NCBI GenBank assembly: GCA_049974095.1
Contig: JBMFJD010000004.1
Location: forward strand, 1 to 32,000
Direction: 5' to 3'
DNA length: 32,000 nt
Origin: Nanopusillaceae archaeon
GTDB taxonomy: Archaea; Nanobdellota; Nanobdellia; Nanobdellales; Nanobdellaceae
The notes under the pieces were generated by a model. The model saw only the letters and a program-made list of their open reading frames with translations, was not told where the DNA came from and made no database searches. The translations under genes and the position numbers were made by a program. Shown piece after piece: positions 15,223 through 23,949 of this stretch (position 1 is the stretch's first letter; each line of letters opens with the position of its first letter).

Positions 15223-16011
15223 TTATAATAAGAAAAAGAAGCCTATTGATATCACAGTTAAAATTATACTATGAATTATTCCAGATTTTATTGCTCCTTT
15301 TGACAATTTTCCAATGACCAAACCTGTGAATAGAGCATTTATTAATAATAAAATAAATGATAACCATTTATATAAACTAATTACTGAATAATAAAACTCC
15401 TCGTTTCCAATAAAGTTTATTCCTTTTATATTTAAAACCAAGAAATATATTGCAACAATTGATAATAATATTCCAAAATATAATCCGTAATATGTATATG
15501 TAACAACCTTTAGCTGAGATAATCTATCCTTTTTAATATTATTTAAATTTTGTATACTCTCAGATAATGTATCTAGTAGATTACTTAAATCTCCCCCATT
15601 TCTTAAAACATTCTCTATATTTAATAATACTTCTGATATTTCTCTATTTTTTATTCTTTCTGAACTATTCTCCAATACTTCATGAAATGTTCTTCCATAT
15701 TTCATTTGAGAAATCATATATCTTACTTCTTTATCCAACTTTTTTCCATAATTATTATTTAACAAATTTTGCAAAGCAATTGGTAATGGCTGTCCAATTT
15801 TTAGATAATGAGAAAGATCTCTTAAAAATAATGGAAAATTATTTATCATCTCTTCTTCTTCCAAATATTCTTTCAAATATTTTATTGAGTAAATTAAAAA
15901 TAATAATACAATAATACCAATTTTTACAAACATATTTAATTTAATTGGCAAAATTAAAAATAATAAGGAAAAAATAGAAATTAATAAAATATAAATTATA
16001 TCTTTATTCAT
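15223..16011 (-). CDS. type IV pilus/archaellum assembly platform protein, single T2SSF domain (FlaJ/TadC-like)
   Basis: An N-terminal TM helix is followed by a cytoplasmic T2SSF-like domain (FPLFLRDLSHYLKIGQPLPIALQNLL...GRTFHEVLENSS...VLRNGGDLSNLLDTLSESI) and then three TM helices. The start overlaps the ppsA stop by 8 nt. Confidence 0.6.
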   Translation of the reverse strand: MNKDIIYILLISIFSLLFLILPIKLNMFVKIGIIVLLFLIYSIKYLKEYLEEEEMINNFPLFLRDLSHYLKIGQPLPIALQNLLNNNYGKKLDKEVRYMISQMKYGRTFHEVLENSSERIKNREISEVLLNIENVLRNGGDLSNLLDTLSESIQNLNNIKKDRLSQLKVVTYTYYGLYFGILLSIVAIYFLVLNIKGINFIGNEEFYYSVISLYKWLSFILLLINALFTGLVIGKLSKGAIKSGIIHSIILTVISIGFFFLL

Positions 16012-18292
16012 CTAATCTTCTTAATTTATCTAAAATTATCTTCTTTTCAGTTCTCAATACTGTTTCTCTTACTAATTCTATTGCATCTACATTTACTGCA
16101 ATGGAATCAATTCCTAATTTTACTAATAATTCTACATAATCTGGCCTAGATCCTGCCTGACCACATAAGGATGTATATACATTATGTTTCTTACATATTT
16201 TAATTACTCTAGATATTAATTTTACAACTGCTGGATGTGACTCATCCATCAATTTTTGTACTAATTCATTATTTCTATCTACTCCTACTGTTAATTGAGT
16301 TAAATCATTTGTTCCAAATGATATAAAATCTATTCCTGCTCTTTTTATTATTTCTTCAATTGTTAATGCAGCTGCAGGAGTTTCTACCATTATTCCTACT
16401 TTTACATCTTTATGTGGTATTAATCCTTCTTCCTCCATTATCTTCTTTGCTTTATATACTTCTTCCCATGAAATCACAAATGGAAACATTATCCAAAGAT
16501 TATTTAATCCTCTTTCTTTTACTAGTATCTTAAATGCTCTAATTTGTGCTCTAAATAATTGCTCCTGATCTAAATCTCTTCTTATTCCATGCCATCCCAT
16601 CATTGGATTTGCTTCAACAGGTTCTTTTTCTCCTCCTTCTAAATTTCTATATTCATCTGTCCTCATATCTAATGTTCTAACAACTACTGGTTTTGGATAC
16701 ATTATCCTCAAAATTTCTTCTAATCTTTCTACTAATATATTTGTAAATTCATCTAATTTATTATTTTCCAAATACCATCTTGGATGCTTTCTATTTCTCA
16801 ATACTAAAAATTCTAACCTTAACAATCCAATTCCATCTATTAAATCTTTTACCTTACTTACAGTTTCTGGATAATCTGCAATTGCCATTACCTTTGTAGC
16901 AGATATTTCTACTGGAGTTGATTTGATAACTCTTTTAGCAATTTCTTTTTTAGTTAATTCTTCTAATTTTACTTCTCCTTCATATACAATACCATGAGTT
17001 CCATCTACAGTTATAATCATTCCATCCTTCAATATTTTAGTAGCTTCTCCAGTTCCAACAACTGCAGGTTTTCCTAATTCTCTAGAAACTATTGCTGCAT
17101 GAGATAAATGTCCACCTTCATCTGTTACAATTGCAGAAGCTTTCGCCATTAATGGTTCATAATCTGGATTTGTCATCTTAGTTACTAATATATCTCCTTC
17201 TTCAAATTTATCAAATTCTTCCGGAGATAATATTATTTTTATCTTTCCAACTCCAATACCTGGAGATGCTGCAATACCTTTTAACAATATTTTTGCTTCA
17301 AATGGTAATTTCGCTTCTTTTACTTTTCCTTTTATTGTTGTTATTGCTCTTGTTTGTACAATATATATACCAGTATCATCAATTGCAAATTCTATATCTT
17401 GTGGTTTTCCATAATGTTGTTCTAATTTTTTTCCATGTTCTGCTAATACTTTAATTTCATTATCATTTAAAACTCTTGCATTCTTTAATTCGTTTGATAC
17501 TTCTACTTCTTTTGTATAAGAATCTGGATCGTATACACTCATTACTTTTTTCTCATTTATTTTTACATTTACAATATTTAAAGTATTTTTATCTACAATA
17601 TATTCATCTGGAATTACCATTCCAGATACTATTGCTTCTCCTAATCCCCAAGATGATTCTATTACAATTTTTGAACAATCATTTTTAACAGGTTCACATG
17701 TAAACATTACCCCAGATTTTTTTGAAAATATTTGTCTTTGAATTACAACTGCCAATGCAACTTTATTATGATCAAATCCCATCATTGTTCTATAATTTAT
17801 TGACCTTGCTGTCCATAAAGATGCCCAGCATTTTTTAACTGCATCTAATAATTTATCTTCCCCTTTTACATTTAAATATGTAGCTTGCTCTCCAGCAAAT
17901 GATGCATTTGGCAAATCTTCTGCGGTTGCTGAAGATCTTACAGCTACAAATATTGGCTCATTTCCAAACATTTGAGATAATCCTCTATAATTTTCTAATA
18001 TTTCATTTTTTAAATCATCTGGTATTTGCCCTTTTATAAATAATTCTTGTATTTGATTCGAAGCTTTCCTTAATTGAGAAGGGTTATTTATATCTATAGA
18101 AGATAATATTTCTTTTATCTTATCTCCTATATTATTGTAATCTAAAAACTTCCAATATGCTTCTGCAGTCAATACAAATCCTGGAGGGACAGGAATACCA
18201 ATTTTTGTCATTTCTCCTAGATTTGCACCCTTTCCTCCTGCAATATTTACATCATCTTTTGATAATTCATTAAACCACTTTACATATACCAT
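16004..18292 (-). CDS. ppsA: phosphoenolpyruvate synthase (pyruvate, water dikinase)
   Basis: The N-terminus is VKWFNELSKDDVNIAGGKGANLGEMTKIGIPVPPGFV. The phosphohistidine swivel motif is TDEGGHLSHAAIVSRELGKPAVVG and the C-terminal PEP-utilizing domain contains ISFGTNDLTQLT. The ORF is 762 aa. Confidence 0.95.
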   Translation of the reverse strand: MVYVKWFNELSKDDVNIAGGKGANLGEMTKIGIPVPPGFVLTAEAYWKFLDYNNIGDKIKEILSSIDINNPSQLRKASNQIQELFIKGQIPDDLKNEILENYRGLSQMFGNEPIFVAVRSSATAEDLPNASFAGEQATYLNVKGEDKLLDAVKKCWASLWTARSINYRTMMGFDHNKVALAVVIQRQIFSKKSGVMFTCEPVKNDCSKIVIESSWGLGEAIVSGMVIPDEYIVDKNTLNIVNVKINEKKVMSVYDPDSYTKEVEVSNELKNARVLNDNEIKVLAEHGKKLEQHYGKPQDIEFAIDDTGIYIVQTRAITTIKGKVKEAKLPFEAKILLKGIAASPGIGVGKIKIILSPEEFDKFEEGDILVTKMTNPDYEPLMAKASAIVTDEGGHLSHAAIVSRELGKPAVVGTGEATKILKDGMIITVDGTHGIVYEGEVKLEELTKKEIAKRVIKSTPVEISATKVMAIADYPETVSKVKDLIDGIGLLRLEFLVLRNRKHPRWYLENNKLDEFTNILVERLEEILRIMYPKPVVVRTLDMRTDEYRNLEGGEKEPVEANPMMGWHGIRRDLDQEQLFRAQIRAFKILVKERGLNNLWIMFPFVISWEEVYKAKKIMEEEGLIPHKDVKVGIMVETPAAALTIEEIIKRAGIDFISFGTNDLTQLTVGVDRNNELVQKLMDESHPAVVKLISRVIKICKKHNVYTSLCGQAGSRPDYVELLVKLGIDSIAVNVDAIELVRETVLRTEKKIILDKLRRLDE

Positions 18293-18381
18293 AAAAGATA
18301 TGAAAATTTTGATATTTATAAGGATAAAAACTTTTAAGAATCACCAAATAATTGTAACAAATTAATTATTATTTATTTCTT

Positions 18382-19917
18382 TTAATTTTCTTGTTTTTCT
18401 TCATATATAATATCTTCTATTATATCTTGGTATTTCTCCGAAACTTCTTCTGGATCTGTTTCTTCTCTTAATTTCTTAATAATTCTTTTATTTATATATT
18501 TATCATATTTTCCTTCCTTTATTCCTTTTATTATTTCTTTTGCTATCTCATATAATTCTTGATCACTTATTCCACCCAATTCATATTTTAAATATCCAAT
18601 TTCCTTTAAACTAGATATTCCATCTACATCTCTATATACTACTGGTATTTCTCCTAATATTAAAGCTTCTAACATAGCTAATCCATATGATTCCCTATAT
18701 GCAGGATTAATATAAACCGAAGATTTTAATTCTCCTAATACTCTCAAAAGAGATATATAATAAATAGGATTTTTATGCAAGGAATTTAGTAATGAATCCC
18801 CATATAGATGAATTACAGATCTCTTCTTATATTTTTCTACTATATTTTTTAATTTATTAAATTCCTCACTACCTTCCTGTAAATTTGAAGATATTATAAT
18901 TAATCCAACATTTTCTCCACTTTCTAATAACTTTTCATAAATATATAAAATACTCTTAAATCCTCTTTCTTCACTTGTTCTACCATTATATACTAACCAA
19001 TATTTTATTTTACCATTTAAATTGTATTCATTATTATTTCCATAGAGATCCTTATAAAATTCTTTTACTTTATTTATTTCATTTTTATATATTTTATCAA
19101 TAGAAACCATAATAATTGGCTCTCCAAAATCTGCATAAAATCTCCTTAATGTTTTTCCATTATTTAATATCCTATTTAAGGAATCTATATCTTTATATAA
19201 TGCATATGTTGGAAAAATAGAGATTGCATCTTTCTTTCCAATTGTTTCTAATAAGTTTTTATATTGAGCTATTTCTATATCTCTGATCCATCCAAAATTA
19301 TTTTTAAAATCTTCATTATTTCTATATAAATATTCTATGAAATCTAAAGATTCTTTTACTAATCCCTCATCTACAATAGAAGATCTTAATATTTTATAAT
19401 GTAAATAATTTAATTTTTCATTTTCTTTTTCATTTAATTTTATTTTTCCCTCATTTCTTAATTTAACTAGTTCTAATATTATAGGACCTATGATATCTCC
19501 ATGAAAATGTCCAACAGTATATTTATCAATTATATCTTCTAGTTTATTATTTATAGTATTATTAAAAGCTAATAATCCAAAATTGCTAAATATTTTTGGT
19601 TTACCTTTTGTTTCCTTAATTATCTCATCTATATCAACTTCTTTAGAATCTTCTTTATATCTTCTAGATTTCAAATAATCATGAAAACCTAATATATTCC
19701 TTCTATTTATAAAGTCTAACAATTTTTTTATATCTGCTTTATAATATTTTACACTGTTATTATCAAATGTTGCAAAATATACATTTATATTTATATTTTC
19801 CCCAAATTTTTTTTCTAATTTGTCTTTAGAAAATAAAACTGATTCTAAAAAGCTTTCACTAAAAACATAAACCCCAGTTCCTTCCCATCTAACATCTACA
19901 AATACATTAACATTCAT
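18382..19917 (-). CDS. GT-B glycosyltransferase, glycogen-synthase-like
   Basis: The C-terminal motif YINPAYRESYGLAMLEALILGEIPVV resembles PSYFEPFGLVALEAMCLGAIP of archaeal glycogen synthases and the E-x7-E region of GT4/GT5 enzymes. The N-domain segment VGHFHGDIIGPII resembles HFHDW. The substrate is not established. Confidence 0.55.
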   Translation of the reverse strand: MNVNVFVDVRWEGTGVYVFSESFLESVLFSKDKLEKKFGENININVYFATFDNNSVKYYKADIKKLLDFINRRNILGFHDYLKSRRYKEDSKEVDIDEIIKETKGKPKIFSNFGLLAFNNTINNKLEDIIDKYTVGHFHGDIIGPIILELVKLRNEGKIKLNEKENEKLNYLHYKILRSSIVDEGLVKESLDFIEYLYRNNEDFKNNFGWIRDIEIAQYKNLLETIGKKDAISIFPTYALYKDIDSLNRILNNGKTLRRFYADFGEPIIMVSIDKIYKNEINKVKEFYKDLYGNNNEYNLNGKIKYWLVYNGRTSEERGFKSILYIYEKLLESGENVGLIIISSNLQEGSEEFNKLKNIVEKYKKRSVIHLYGDSLLNSLHKNPIYYISLLRVLGELKSSVYINPAYRESYGLAMLEALILGEIPVVYRDVDGISSLKEIGYLKYELGGISDQELYEIAKEIIKGIKEGKYDKYINKRIIKKLREETDPEEVSEKYQDIIEDIIYEEKQEN

Positions 19918-19922
19918 CTAAT

Positions 19923-20807
19923 TTATGGACTTCCTATAACTATTGGTTTTGGAGGTTGAACCTGAGTTTCTGAAGTTTGAGTTTGTTGTTGAGTTTGTTG
20001 GGTTTGAGATTGTTTTTGCTGCTGAATCTGTCGAGATATATTTACATATTTATTGAATAATTTTTCAATTCCTTGATAAGCTTGCTTATATAATAAATCT
20101 GCGTATTCAAATATTGATCCTGCTATTACTTCAGATATTGTCTTTGGTCCTAAACTTCCTTCTGTTATAAGTCCTCTGTATAATTCTGTTATCCAGTATT
20201 TCATTGCTGATGAATATAGGTTCATTAATTCCTCTGCAAGTTTGTTTAGATCTTGCATATAAGTATTTATATAATTAGATCCTTTACTTTTAACATCATT
20301 TATTATTTTATCTTGTAACTGAGATATGAATCCTCTATACATACCAAAAAGTGTATTCATTTCTTGTTGTACTATAGAATCATCCAAATCTTCTACTTTT
20401 ATGCCAAGATATTCTGCTACCATAGACTTAAATACACTTGTTAATATAGATAATTCTTCATTTAAATATCTTCTAGTATTAACATCCAATCCTCCTTGCT
20501 TTAGTTGACTGTTTATTTGCACAATTTCGGATGCTAAAGCACCCAAATATATTTTTTTATAATCGTTTCCTGCAAGTTCTTTTATATCTATACTATCTAA
20601 GTTATATCCTGTTTTTCCTATTAGTCTTCTTATATACTTTGCACTATCGATATATTTATTTTCAGTAGATAATTTATCTACATAATTTTTTATATGATTA
20701 TTAAATATTTCATCTCTAGGACTTTGCTTTTCTTCAGATTCTTGTGATTTAAATAATTTTCCAAGTATTATTTGATCCAAACTATAGTAGGTTGTTGTCT
20801 CAGACAT
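19923..20807 (-). CDS. hypothetical helical protein with a Gln/Thr-rich C-terminal tail
   Basis: This is a 294-aa ORF 5 nt upstream of the glycosyltransferase gene. The tail reads QIQQQKQSQTQQTQQQTQTSETQVQPPKPIVIGSP. A TTTATAAATTTT element sits about 20-30 nt upstream of the ATG. I recognise no family. Confidence 0.5.
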   Translation of the reverse strand: MSETTTYYSLDQIILGKLFKSQESEEKQSPRDEIFNNHIKNYVDKLSTENKYIDSAKYIRRLIGKTGYNLDSIDIKELAGNDYKKIYLGALASEIVQINSQLKQGGLDVNTRRYLNEELSILTSVFKSMVAEYLGIKVEDLDDSIVQQEMNTLFGMYRGFISQLQDKIINDVKSKGSNYINTYMQDLNKLAEELMNLYSSAMKYWITELYRGLITEGSLGPKTISEVIAGSIFEYADLLYKQAYQGIEKLFNKYVNISRQIQQQKQSQTQQTQQQTQTSETQVQPPKPIVIGSP

Positions 20808-20899
20808 GTAGTAATATATTTATGTTAAAATTTATAAACCTTTCGTATATCGTAATCCCTTATAGATAAACAATAATAAAAAATTATATCAGAAAAACC

Positions 20900-21292
20900 T
20901 TATTTCTTTAATAACTCATCTAATGCCTTTAGCATTTCATCCATTATATTTTTTCCTTCTCCAGGTTCTATTATTGCTGCAGCAGCTGCTTGTGTATTTA
21001 TTCCACATGATTGTCCTAATTTTTGTTTTGATGATACATAAACATATTTTACTCCTTTTTCTTCACATAATTCTGGTAAATGCATTACAATCTCTGGTGG
21101 ATCTACATCTAAAGCTATTGCTACTAATTTTGCTTGTCCTCTATCTACAGCTTTTGTAGTTTCATTTATTCCTTTTCTTACTTTTCCAGACTGCCTTGCC
21201 TTTTCAAATAGTTCATATACTTTTGCTTCGTAATTTTGTATAAATGTATTTAATACATTCTCAGGCCATTTTACATATGGTGGAGTCATCAT
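20900..21292 (-). CDS. rpl7ae: ribosomal protein L7Ae (eL8; kink-turn binding)
   Basis: [56 protein letters not shown] is the canonical L7Ae core. Confidence 0.95.
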   Translation of the reverse strand: MMTPPYVKWPENVLNTFIQNYEAKVYELFEKARQSGKVRKGINETTKAVDRGQAKLVAIALDVDPPEIVMHLPELCEEKGVKYVYVSSKQKLGQSCGINTQAAAAAIIEPGEGKNIMDEMLKALDELLKK

Positions 21293-21337
21293 GAGTCATC
21301 ATTGTATAAAGAAAGAATGAAAAAAATATTTAAAAAT

Positions 21338-21541
21338 CTAAGATTCTACTCCAACAGGTTCAGCAACTACATAACTAGCTCCTACTTTAACAACCTTAAC
21401 ATTACCTTTCCAACCAGGTGTCACATTCTTAACAAATGTAGCAATTCCCTTTATTCTAGTAAACCCATCTCCTCTTTGCGTCAAACTCTTTATCTCTACT
21501 TCATATACATCTCCAACTTTTATTCCCCTAATTGCCATCAA
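21338..21541 (-). CDS. small TRAM-domain protein
   Basis: This 67-aa protein reads GDVYEVEIKSLTQRGDGFTRIKGIATFVKNVTPGWKGNVKVVKV, which fits stand-alone archaeal TRAM domains. The overlapping + strand ORF at 21302-21556 is low-complexity and is rejected. Confidence 0.8.
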   Translation of the reverse strand: MMAIRGIKVGDVYEVEIKSLTQRGDGFTRIKGIATFVKNVTPGWKGNVKVVKVGASYVVAEPVGVES

Positions 21542-21569
21542 ATTATATTTAATTAACTTATATATAAAT

Positions 21570-23474
21570 TTAACTATTGTTTATATTTTTTCCTTTTTCA
21601 ATTATTTGATTTGTCTCTTCATAAAGATTTTCCAATATTTTGATATAATCTTCTTCACCTTCAGCTATTTTATCCATAACATCCTCTAAATCTCTTGTTC
21701 TTTTTTCAGATACAAAATCTTCAAAATTTTTTTCTAGAAAATTATAAACACTAATTCCCAATTTTGTTGGAATTAAATTATTGCTTTTATCTATTACATA
21801 TCCTCTCTCCATTATCTTTTTTACTATTATTGCATATGTTGATGGCCTTCCAATATCTCTTTCCTTCATTAAATTAATAATATCAGCTTGAGAATATAAT
21901 CTAACCTTTGGTATTTTCTTTCCAGCTACTTCCTTTATCTTAGTATTATTAGCTATAGGACTTATTTTCATTATATTTATTCTATATGGATAAATTAAAT
22001 CCCATCCATGTTCTTTTATTTCTCTAATTCCTTCAATTTGAACTTCTTTCTCAATAAATGGAATCCTTATTTTTTGTATAAATTTATTTATTAAAACATA
22101 TTTCATTTGCGATTGTATAAATCTTCTAAATATTATATCATAAATTATATAATGATATTTTGTCATATTAATAAATATCTCTATTTCTCCAGTTTCTATT
22201 GCTTCTCTCAATTGTTCTACATCCAATGGTCTTGTTGGTCTAATTGCTTCATGTGCACCACCTTCCCCCCAACTTCTCCCAACAAAATATTCTTCTCCAA
22301 ATTTTTCTGAAATATAATCTTTTGCTATTGAAATTCCCAACGGAGATATTCTTGTAGAATCAGTTCTATGATATGTAATTAATGCAGATTCAAACAATTC
22401 TTGAAGTATTTGCATAATTCTATCAACTCCAATTTTTAATATTGTATTTGCATCTTGTAATATTGTACTAGTTATATAAGGTGGCAAAGGATCTATTTTA
22501 TCTTCATTTTCTCTATATTCTAATATTTCTATTTCTTTATCTTTTAAATTTTTTATAACTTTATTTATATTTCTTCTATTTTTTATATCTGTATCAATAA
22601 ACATTTTTCTTCCATCTTCTAATGTTATTTCTAAAATATAAGATTTTGATTTATTTCTTTCTATAAACCTATTAATTACCCAACCCAAAACTGGTGTTTG
22701 AACTCTTCCTGCTGATAACCAATTTTTATTAAAATATTTTTGAACAATTTGAGATAAACTAAATCCTAACCATCTATCTTCAACTCTTCTAACAACCTGA
22801 GACTTAACTAAATTTAAACCTATATCTCTTAAATTTTGTAAAGCATTTAATATTGCTGTTTTTGTAACTTCATGAAATTCTGCTCTTTTTATATTTCTAT
22901 TAAATGGATATAAAACTAAATATAAAGAATAAGCAATCATCTCTCCTTCTGTATCAGGATCTGTTCCAATTACAATTAAATCAACTTCTTGCGCTAATTC
23001 TTGTAATACTTTTATCCTATTTATAGAATCATCTATATTTGTAGATCCACAATATGGACATTTTCCATCTTTATATTCTGTGAATTGAGCCCCACAATTT
23101 AAACATTTTTTTATCGTATTATAGTATGGATAAAATTTTCCATCTTTATATTCTACACCAAACAAACCAATAGGATCTGTAGTTAATTCTAAAATATGGC
23201 CTTTTGATGCTGTAATTATTAAATGAGCATCACCTAAAGAAACTTCATATACTTTTATTCCACCAAAATTTCTTATAGATGGCCTTCCAAAAAATGAAGA
23301 AATTGTTCTTGCTTTATTCGGAGATTCAACAATAAATAAAATTGTCTTCATTAGTTCTTCTTTTTTCTTTTCAATTTTTCCAGATTTTATATTTTTTACA
23401 AGTTCCCTTTCATCTTCAATTTCTTTTTTTAATTGCTCTATATTTAATTCAAAAAAATCCTTTAAAATATACAT
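21570..23474 (-). CDS. rgy: reverse gyrase, stand-alone C-terminal topoisomerase IA subunit (split gene)
   Basis: ILFIVESPNKARTISSFFGRPS...ITASKGHILEL, the zinc ribbon CLNCGAQF...CPYCGS, and Toprim GTDPDTEGEMIAY are all present. So are RAEFHEVTKTAI, VRRVEDRWLGFSLS and the active-site ITYHRTDSTRIS. No helicase domain is encoded upstream, because the preceding gene is aEF-1beta. Confidence 0.9.
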   Translation of the reverse strand: MYILKDFFELNIEQLKKEIEDERELVKNIKSGKIEKKKEELMKTILFIVESPNKARTISSFFGRPSIRNFGGIKVYEVSLGDAHLIITASKGHILELTTDPIGLFGVEYKDGKFYPYYNTIKKCLNCGAQFTEYKDGKCPYCGSTNIDDSINRIKVLQELAQEVDLIVIGTDPDTEGEMIAYSLYLVLYPFNRNIKRAEFHEVTKTAILNALQNLRDIGLNLVKSQVVRRVEDRWLGFSLSQIVQKYFNKNWLSAGRVQTPVLGWVINRFIERNKSKSYILEITLEDGRKMFIDTDIKNRRNINKVIKNLKDKEIEILEYRENEDKIDPLPPYITSTILQDANTILKIGVDRIMQILQELFESALITYHRTDSTRISPLGISIAKDYISEKFGEEYFVGRSWGEGGAHEAIRPTRPLDVEQLREAIETGEIEIFINMTKYHYIIYDIIFRRFIQSQMKYVLINKFIQKIRIPFIEKEVQIEGIREIKEHGWDLIYPYRINIMKISPIANNTKIKEVAGKKIPKVRLYSQADIINLMKERDIGRPSTYAIIVKKIMERGYVIDKSNNLIPTKLGISVYNFLEKNFEDFVSEKRTRDLEDVMDKIAEGEEDYIKILENLYEETNQIIEKGKNINNS

Positions 23475-23749
23475 TATAATTGGGCCAAAGAAACAGATAT
23501 TACTTCTGAATTGTTTACTCCCTCTATATTATTTATTTTTTCTATCAATTCTTCTTCATTAAATTCTTTATCTGGATATAAAAATTTAACTATCAATGCG
23601 TTTAATCCGAATGCTATTGGTTGTATTTCATGAGAAACATATTGCCCACCAAATTCCTTTATTTTTTCCTTTACTTCTTCATTTATTTTTTCTAAATTAA
23701 CATCAATATCTGTTGGAGATATTTTTAAAGTAATAACTACATATACCAT
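23474..23749 (-). CDS. ef1b: translation elongation factor aEF-1 beta
   Basis: MVYVVITLKISPTDIDVNLEKINEEVKEKI...IQPIAFGLNALIVKF matches aEF-1beta (about 90 aa). I use the Met8 start (cat at 23747-23749), which abuts the Zn-ribbon stop. The stop TAA overlaps the ATG of the reverse gyrase gene (TAATG). Confidence 0.85.
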   Translation of the reverse strand: MVYVVITLKISPTDIDVNLEKINEEVKEKIKEFGGQYVSHEIQPIAFGLNALIVKFLYPDKEFNEEELIEKINNIEGVNNSEVISVSLAQL

Positions 23750-23750
23750 T

Positions 23751-23924
23751 TTATGGTCCTGTAAATCCACAAACTGGGCATTTCCATTCTAAACCTAAAG
23801 ATTTTTCCTTATTACTTCTTATAATTACTCCTTGACCACAATTTGGACATACAAACTTTACTATTGTATCACTTACTATTAAATTCCTTAAAACATTTGT
23901 TTTTTCTATTTCTGTTATATCCAT
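23751..23924 (-). CDS. Zn-ribbon protein (COG2888-type, usually linked to aEF-1beta)
   Basis: This ORF is absent from the track. It reads MDITEIEKTNVLRNLIVSDTIVKFVCPNCGQGVIIRSNKEKSLGLEWKCPVCGFTGP. It has two CPxCG knuckles and the characteristic C-terminal CGFxGP, and it lies immediately upstream of aEF-1beta. Confidence 0.7.
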   Translation of the reverse strand: MDITEIEKTNVLRNLIVSDTIVKFVCPNCGQGVIIRSNKEKSLGLEWKCPVCGFTGP

Positions 23925-23949
23925 TAAAATATCATAAATAATTCTTCTT

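Noticed and set aside
15567-15914. A + strand 115-aa ORF lies inside the FlaJ/TadC-like gene.
   Set aside because: It is an antisense shadow. The minus-strand product has a coherent T2SSF domain and TM topology.
17266-17688. Two + strand ORFs (17266-17454 and 17476-17688) lie inside ppsA.
   Set aside because: They are Leu-rich antisense shadows of a high-confidence gene.
20326-21556. Three + strand ORFs (20326-20508, 20923-21159 and 21302-21556) lie opposite the Q-rich protein, L7Ae and TRAM genes.
   Set aside because: Each is antisense to a better-supported gene. L7Ae and TRAM are unambiguous, and the translations of these ORFs are low-complexity.
22107-22310. A + strand 67-aa ORF lies inside the reverse gyrase gene.
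   Set aside because: It is an antisense shadow of a high-confidence gene.
23750-23770. The track annotates a longer N-terminus (MDLQDHK...) for aEF-1beta.
   Set aside because: The extension would overlap the Zn-ribbon gene end. The Met8 start gives the canonical ~91-aa aEF-1beta and abuts the upstream stop with a 1-nt gap.
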